DNA from: Candidatus Zhuqueibacterota bacterium
Lineage (GTDB): Bacteria > Zhuqueibacterota > Zhuqueibacteria > JANLFK01 > Oleimicrobiaceae
NCBI GenBank assembly: GCA_024655945.1
Contig: JANLFK010000011.1
Location: 22,021 to 86,020, forward strand
Direction of reading: 5' to 3'
Length of the DNA: 64,000 nt
Part shown: positions 58,947 through 64,000 of the stretch, one piece after another
How positions within the stretch are numbered: position 1 is the first letter of the stretch
Layout: each line of letters begins with the position of its first letter
Notes under the pieces: model-generated
What the model saw: only the letters and a program-made list of their open reading frames with translations
Databases searched by the model: none
Told to the model about the DNA's origin: nothing
Made by a program: the position numbers and the translations under genes

Positions 58947-60335
58947 TCAGCGTTGCATGGACGCTTCAATTTCCTCGACCGTCTTGGGAATGGGCTTGCC
59001 CAACACGCGATGGCCGGTGCGGGTGATGAGCACGTCATCTTCGATCCTGATGCCGCCGAAGCCGAGATGGCGCTCCACCCGCGCGTAGTTGATGAAGGCG
59101 CGGTGCTTCTTGGCCGCCTTCCATTGCCCGACCAGCTCCGGTATGAAGTAGACACCCGGCTCCACGGTGATAACATACCCGGGCTGCAGTCTCTTGGCAA
59201 GGCGCAGGTAAGCCAGACCGAACTGCTCACTGCGCTTGAACTCTTCGTCGTACCCTACAAAGTCCTCGCCGAGGTTCTCCATGTCGTGGACGTCCAGGCC
59301 GAGCATGTGGCCCAGGCCGTGCGGAAAAAACAGTGCATGGGCGCCAGCTTCCACTGCTGCGTCCGGGTCGCCTTTCATGAAGCCGAGCTGGCGGAGGCCA
59401 TCGGCAATGACGCGCGCCGCAGTCAGGTGGGCATCACGATTCGGCACCCCAGGTGCCATGATGGCGATGGCTTTCTCCTGCGCGGTCGCCACCACCTGGT
59501 AGATGTCCTTCTGAAATGGAGTGAACTTGCCGCTCACCGGGTAGGTCCTGGTGATGTCGCTGGCGTAGTGGTTGGGCGACTCGGCGCCCGAATCGAAAAC
59601 TACCAGCTGCCCGGCCTCCAGGCGATGAGCGTGCGAGTGGCCATGGAGGATCTCCCCATGGGTCGTGAAGATGGTGGGGAAGGCAGTCATGGAACCCCGT
59701 GCCTGCACCGACCCCTCGATGGGCCCTACCACTTCGCGCTCGTAGAGGCCGGGGGCGATCAAGCGCACGGCCTGCTGGTACATCTCGTAGCTGATGGCCA
59801 GGGCCTTTTCGATCTCCGCCACTTCCTGCGCCGACTTGACCGAGCGCTGTGCTACGACGGCGCGGACGAATTCTCGCGAGCACGCGGAGTTGACCCATGG
59901 GGCGCGCGTTCCAGTGAGCCGCTCGATCGTTAATTGGTTCTCGCTCCGGTACTGCGGGAGGTAGTGAATCCTCTGTCCCTGTTGCAAGGCGCGCTGCGTC
60001 CACTTCTCTAACTCCGCGACAGGCCTGGTCGTGCTCACCCCCACTTGTGCTGCCCGGTCGGCCATGGAGGGCTGCGGCCCCATCCACACAATGTCGTCGA
60101 CCCCATAGTCGTCGCCGAACAGCACCTCCTGGTCGGCCTCGATGTCGATCACCGCAGCCAAGCCTGGGAAGTCAAGGCCCCAGTAGTACAAGAAGGTGCT
60201 GTCCTGTCGAAAGGGGTAGGTGTTGGCGCGGTAGTTCATGGGCAATTCGTCATTGCCAAGGAAGAGGAGAAGCCCGGAGCCCATCCTCTTCTTGAGCGCC
60301 TTGCGTCGCTGCACGTAGACCTCTGCATCAAACAT
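58947..60335 (-). CDS. pepP: Xaa-Pro aminopeptidase (M24B)
   Basis: FRQDSTFLYYWG, DSGAE...YASDITRT, HGLGHMLGLDVHD, TVEPG, GGIRIEDD. Confidence 0.93.
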   Translation of the reverse strand: MFDAEVYVQRRKALKKRMGSGLLLFLGNDELPMNYRANTYPFRQDSTFLYYWGLDFPGLAAVIDIEADQEVLFGDDYGVDDIVWMGPQPSMADRAAQVGVSTTRPVAELEKWTQRALQQGQRIHYLPQYRSENQLTIERLTGTRAPWVNSACSREFVRAVVAQRSVKSAQEVAEIEKALAISYEMYQQAVRLIAPGLYEREVVGPIEGSVQARGSMTAFPTIFTTHGEILHGHSHAHRLEAGQLVVFDSGAESPNHYASDITRTYPVSGKFTPFQKDIYQVVATAQEKAIAIMAPGVPNRDAHLTAARVIADGLRQLGFMKGDPDAAVEAGAHALFFPHGLGHMLGLDVHDMENLGEDFVGYDEEFKRSEQFGLAYLRLAKRLQPGYVITVEPGVYFIPELVGQWKAAKKHRAFINYARVERHLGFGGIRIEDDVLITRTGHRVLGKPIPKTVEEIEASMQR

Positions 60336-60382
60336 TGCTGCTCCCTCTGCTGTGTGTTCTGGCCGTAGTGCTGCTCACTGCC

Positions 60383-62752
60383 TCAAAAGGCCGTATGCTC
60401 GGTGCGGCGGATGATTTCATTCTGGAGTTCGCTGCTCAGGTCCACAAAATAGTCGCTGTAGCCAGCCACGCGGACGATCAGGTCGCGGTACTTTTCCGGC
60501 TCCCTCTGCGCCTTCCGCAAGGTGTCAGCAGTGACGACGTTGAACTGCACGTGGTGGCCGTCCATAGCAAAATAGGCGCGGATGAGGGCGGCCAAGGCAG
60601 CAACACCGCGCTGATCGGCCAGGAGCTGCGGCGTGAACTTTTGATTCAACAAGGTGCCGCCGGTGCGCAGGTGGTCGATCTTGCCTGCCGATTTGAGCAC
60701 CGCCGTGGGGCCACGACGATCGGCCCCTTGCACCGGAGAAATCCCCTCAGAAAGCGGCTCGCTGGCCTTTCGCCCGTCCGGCGTAGCCCCGGTCACGCTG
60801 CCGAAGTAGACATGCACGGTGGTCGGCAAGAGATTGATGCGGTAGTGCCCGCCCTTGGTGTTGGGCCGGCCGTCGACGGCGGCAAAGAACAGGTTGAACA
60901 CGCGCACGGCGAGCTCATCTGCATAGTTATCGTCATTCCCATACTTGGGCGTCTGATTCACGAGCCGCTGGCGCAAGACCTCGTGGCCGGCGAAGTTGCT
61001 GGCCAGGGCAGTGAGCAACTCGCCCATGGTGCAGGTGTGATGGTCGAACACATGGTACCGCAGCGCAGCCAGGCAGTCGGTAATGCTGCCCAGTCCCACC
61101 CCTTGGATGTACGAACTGTTGTAGCGCGCGCCGCCATCTTGATAGTCCTTGCCTTTGCGGATGCAGTCATCGATGAGCAGGGAGAGAAAGGGGGCGGGCA
61201 GGTACTGTGCATAGAGGCGCTCGATGATGCGGTTGCCTTTGATCTTGACATCGATGAAATACCGCAGTTGTCTGCCATAGGCGGCAAACAGCTCGTCAAA
61301 GGTGGAAAAGCTCTGCGGCTCGCCGGTACGCAGGCCGATGAGCTGGCCGGTGCGCGGATCCCGCCCGTTGTTCAGGGTGAGTTCCAGAATCTTCACCAGG
61401 TTGAAGTAACCAGTGAGGATGTAGCTCTCTTTGCCAAAAGCGCCGGCCTCCACGCAGCCGCTTGCGCCGCCATTGCGGGCATCCACCAAGGACTTGCCCT
61501 GCCGCACCAGTTCCTGGACGATGGCGTCGGTGTTGAAAATGGAGGGCTGCCCGAAGCCGGTCTTCACTATCTGCAGGGCACGGTGCAGAAACTGCTCAGG
61601 CGTCTTCTTGCTGATTTGCACCATGGAGCTTGGCTGCAGAAGGCGCATCTCCTCGATCACGTCCAGAAGCAGGTAGGAAAGCTCGTTCACCGCATCCGCG
61701 CCGTCCTGGTCGACGCCTCCCAAGTTGATGAGGCAAAAGTCGGTGTACGTGCTGCTCTCCAAGGCCGTGACGCCGACCTTTGGCGGAGCAGGTTGGTTAT
61801 TGAACTTGATCCAGAAGGCCTGCAGCAGCTCGCGCGCCTGCTCACGCGTCAGCACTCCCCTCTCCAAGTCCCGCTTGTAGAAAAGATACAGGTGGCGATC
61901 TAACCGTCCGGGGTTGAAGGAGTCCCAGGTATTCATCTCGGTGATGACGCCTATGTGGACGAACCAGTAGTACTGGAGCGCCTCCCAGAAGGTGCGCGGT
62001 GGGTGGGCCGGTACGTGGCTGCAGATGGCAGCAATCTGCTCGAGCTCTTGCCGCCGGGTCGGGTCATTTTCCGCTGCAGCCAACTGGCGGGCACGGCGCG
62101 CATGGCGACGCGCGAAGGCTATCAATGCGTCTGCGGCGATGGCCATGGCGCGAAGCTCCTCGCGCTTGGCAAACGCTTCCGGGTCGTGGTAAAAGTCGAG
62201 GGCGGCGATCTGCGCCCTTATCAGTCGCTTGAAATCCAGCAGGCCCAGCCGGTAGATTTTGTCGTCCAGCACGGTGTGGCCAGGGGCCCGCTGTTCCATG
62301 AACTCGGTGAACACCCCCGCTTCGTAGGCCTGGCGCCAAGCCGTGTCCATTTCGGCGAAGATGCGCTCGCGCATGGTGCGTCCCCGCCAGAAGGGGATGA
62401 TGACCTGTTCGTAGGCCTGGCGCGTGGCCTCGTCGACCACGAACGAGATTTTGGGGCGAGTGTGGAGAACCACGAGGTCGGCTAAGCTGTGCGTGCAGAT
62501 TTCCGGGTAGGTGGGTGTGGCCTTGGGTGCCGGGCCGCGCTCGCCCACGATGAGCTCGCCCTCATTGATGCAAATAGCCTTGTGCGTGAGGATGTGGGCA
62601 AAGGCCAACGCCCTGGCCACTGGCACCGAGACGCGCTCGGCCTGGCCCGACTTGTAGAAATCCGTCAGCAACAAGGCGCGCTCGGCGGACAAGCGGGGCA
62701 CAGCGTTGAGGCTCTGCTCGCGCAACCTCGCAATGCGTTCGGTCGTGGCCAC
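60383..62752 (-). CDS. hypD: Glycyl radical enzyme, probable trans-4-hydroxy-L-proline dehydratase
   Basis: RVAGYS radical motif; EFMEQRAPGH, ESSTYTDF, SGCVE, TGYFN, NLLPTT match recalled HypD active-site segments; GTG 62752 with AGGAGG RBS. Confidence 0.8.
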   Translation of the reverse strand: MATTERIARLREQSLNAVPRLSAERALLLTDFYKSGQAERVSVPVARALAFAHILTHKAICINEGELIVGERGPAPKATPTYPEICTHSLADLVVLHTRPKISFVVDEATRQAYEQVIIPFWRGRTMRERIFAEMDTAWRQAYEAGVFTEFMEQRAPGHTVLDDKIYRLGLLDFKRLIRAQIAALDFYHDPEAFAKREELRAMAIAADALIAFARRHARRARQLAAAENDPTRRQELEQIAAICSHVPAHPPRTFWEALQYYWFVHIGVITEMNTWDSFNPGRLDRHLYLFYKRDLERGVLTREQARELLQAFWIKFNNQPAPPKVGVTALESSTYTDFCLINLGGVDQDGADAVNELSYLLLDVIEEMRLLQPSSMVQISKKTPEQFLHRALQIVKTGFGQPSIFNTDAIVQELVRQGKSLVDARNGGASGCVEAGAFGKESYILTGYFNLVKILELTLNNGRDPRTGQLIGLRTGEPQSFSTFDELFAAYGRQLRYFIDVKIKGNRIIERLYAQYLPAPFLSLLIDDCIRKGKDYQDGGARYNSSYIQGVGLGSITDCLAALRYHVFDHHTCTMGELLTALASNFAGHEVLRQRLVNQTPKYGNDDNYADELAVRVFNLFFAAVDGRPNTKGGHYRINLLPTTVHVYFGSVTGATPDGRKASEPLSEGISPVQGADRRGPTAVLKSAGKIDHLRTGGTLLNQKFTPQLLADQRGVAALAALIRAYFAMDGHHVQFNVVTADTLRKAQREPEKYRDLIVRVAGYSDYFVDLSSELQNEIIRRTEHTAF

Positions 62753-62831
62753 GACTTGGTCGCTCCTCCTGGTCATTGGTCGGGCGGGGTAGCTGCCCCG
62801 GCGCCCCAGGCAAAGATAGAAAAATACGCCC

Positions 62832-63932
62832 TCAAATGCCACACGTTTTTAACACCTTCCCCTCGGTGGTCAGGTACTGCCGCATCTGCGCCACGGCCAG
62901 GCAGGCGTGGGCTGGCACGATGATGAGCAGGTCGCCGGGCTGCACCTTGCGCACAAAGTGGCCCTCCGCCTTGACGATGCCGTGTTCCTGAGAGAGTGCC
63001 GCCACATAGGCCTCCGGCACCAGCGGTCCCCAGCCGCGGTCCGCAGGCAGGGCAACCAGGCCATACAGGGTGCGTTTGCCGTCGCTCACTGCATCTTTGG
63101 AGAAATGGACCGCCCCTCCCCAAATCACCAGCTCGTCGCGCTCTTCGTGCCGCGCCACTACCGGACATGCCACCGCCACCGCCAGGTCACGCTCGCTGCA
63201 GGTGCCCAGGCACAGCTGCATGGCATCGTAGAAGACAAAGTTTCCGGGACGCACCTCGTCCACCGCGCCGAAATGGTCGACCACGCTGCAGCAGGGCGTG
63301 TCTCCTGTGGAGAGCTCAAGATCGGTGAACCCCACTGCCTGCAGACGCTGGCGCGCGCCGTTTAGGCGTGCCACGCTCTCCTGGTAAATGGCGACGATCT
63401 CTTCGTGGGAGCGCGCCCGATAGGCATGCCCGGCATGGGTGAGGAGACCGCGCAGGCGGAGGTTCGGCGAGCGCTCGATCTCTTCGGCCAGGGTGGTCAG
63501 GCGCGTCGCATCGTCCCAGGCCAGGCCAGTCCGTCCATAGCCGACATCCACCTTGATCCAGGCATCGGCGGTGGCCTTCATTTGCTCGCGCAACGCCCAC
63601 ACACTCTTGGTGGATTCCACCACCAGCCCGAGCCGAACCTTGCGAGCGAGGCTGTTGATCTCGTCGAGTTGGCACAGGTTGACCGGGAAGGCAATCGTTA
63701 TGTCACGCCAGCCGTCACGGGCGAAATACCAGGCCATGTCCACGGACGAGACGGTGATGGCCTGCACGCCATAGTCCCGAAACCAGCGCCCGATGCGCGT
63801 CGACTGGTGCGTCTTGAAGTGCGGGCGGAAGCGCACGCCGCTCCGCTGCGCTTTTGTTGCCATGCGTTCGATGTTCTGCCGTGCCCGCTGCACATTGAGG
63901 AGCAAAGTGGGCCGGCGCAACTCCTTGCTCAC
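62832..63932 (-). CDS. Fold-type III PLP enzyme, DSD1/D-threonine aldolase family
   Basis: FRPHFKTH (PLP Lys), KVDVGYGRTG, THAGH, RPGNFVFYD, SQEHG, VPAHAC. Confidence 0.88.
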   Translation of the reverse strand: MSKELRRPTLLLNVQRARQNIERMATKAQRSGVRFRPHFKTHQSTRIGRWFRDYGVQAITVSSVDMAWYFARDGWRDITIAFPVNLCQLDEINSLARKVRLGLVVESTKSVWALREQMKATADAWIKVDVGYGRTGLAWDDATRLTTLAEEIERSPNLRLRGLLTHAGHAYRARSHEEIVAIYQESVARLNGARQRLQAVGFTDLELSTGDTPCCSVVDHFGAVDEVRPGNFVFYDAMQLCLGTCSERDLAVAVACPVVARHEERDELVIWGGAVHFSKDAVSDGKRTLYGLVALPADRGWGPLVPEAYVAALSQEHGIVKAEGHFVRKVQPGDLLIIVPAHACLAVAQMRQYLTTEGKVLKTCGI

Positions 63933-64000
63933 GATAAGTACCTCCTTGCCTTGGGTCGTCCCGTTTGCGCGGGGTCAATGCATCTGGCGGATGCGCACCT

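Overview
A GC-rich, gene-dense bacterial chromosome segment with well-formed sigma70-type promoters. No rRNA, tRNA or CRISPR array was seen. The taxon cannot be fixed from sequence alone. NfnAB, a glycyl radical enzyme and a quinol-type NO reductase point to an anaerobic or micro-oxic lifestyle. Left to right: (1-21.5 kb) housekeeping, envelope and carbohydrate genes (enolase-superfamily epimerase, DUF502, two SDRs, ZIP transporter, S9-family protein, sensor kinase, YfhO-like protein, HAD, GH36/27-like lipoprotein with a sugar ABC transporter, PPIase, corrinoid protein, TIM-barrel isomerase); (21.8-24.5 kb) a thiol-redox operon with an ECF sigma/ZAS anti-sigma pair; (24.7-33.0 kb) a Crp/Fnr-associated nitrosative-stress cluster (4Fe-4S protein, cupin, hemerythrin, a divergent FabV-like protein, a frameshifted DUF438 gene, qNOR, YgbA); (33.0-47.3 kb) a 16-gene aromatic amino acid plus histidine supra-operon; (47.9-50.6 kb) nfnAB and Hsp15; (50.8-54.5 kb) a decayed defence/mobile patch (restriction-enzyme remnant, two Fic fragments sharing a 215-bp direct repeat, AlbA_2/HATPase_c_4 protein, truncated radC); (54.5-64 kb) TPR protein, LOG, pepP, HypD-like glycyl radical enzyme and a DSD1-like PLP enzyme. 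The two strongest observations are in the supra-operon. First, it is preceded by an unannotated 31-aa leader peptide with the run HHWFWYWYYH inside a complete four-segment attenuator, suggesting one attenuator senses His, Trp, Phe and Tyr. Second, an SbnI/SerK-like free-serine kinase sits directly upstream of TrpB2 with no trpA or trpEGDFC, suggesting a dedicated serine to O-phosphoserine to tryptophan indole-salvage module. Start codons given here were often re-chosen downstream of the ORF-track starts using RBS and family N-termini. All family assignments are from motif recognition, not database searches.
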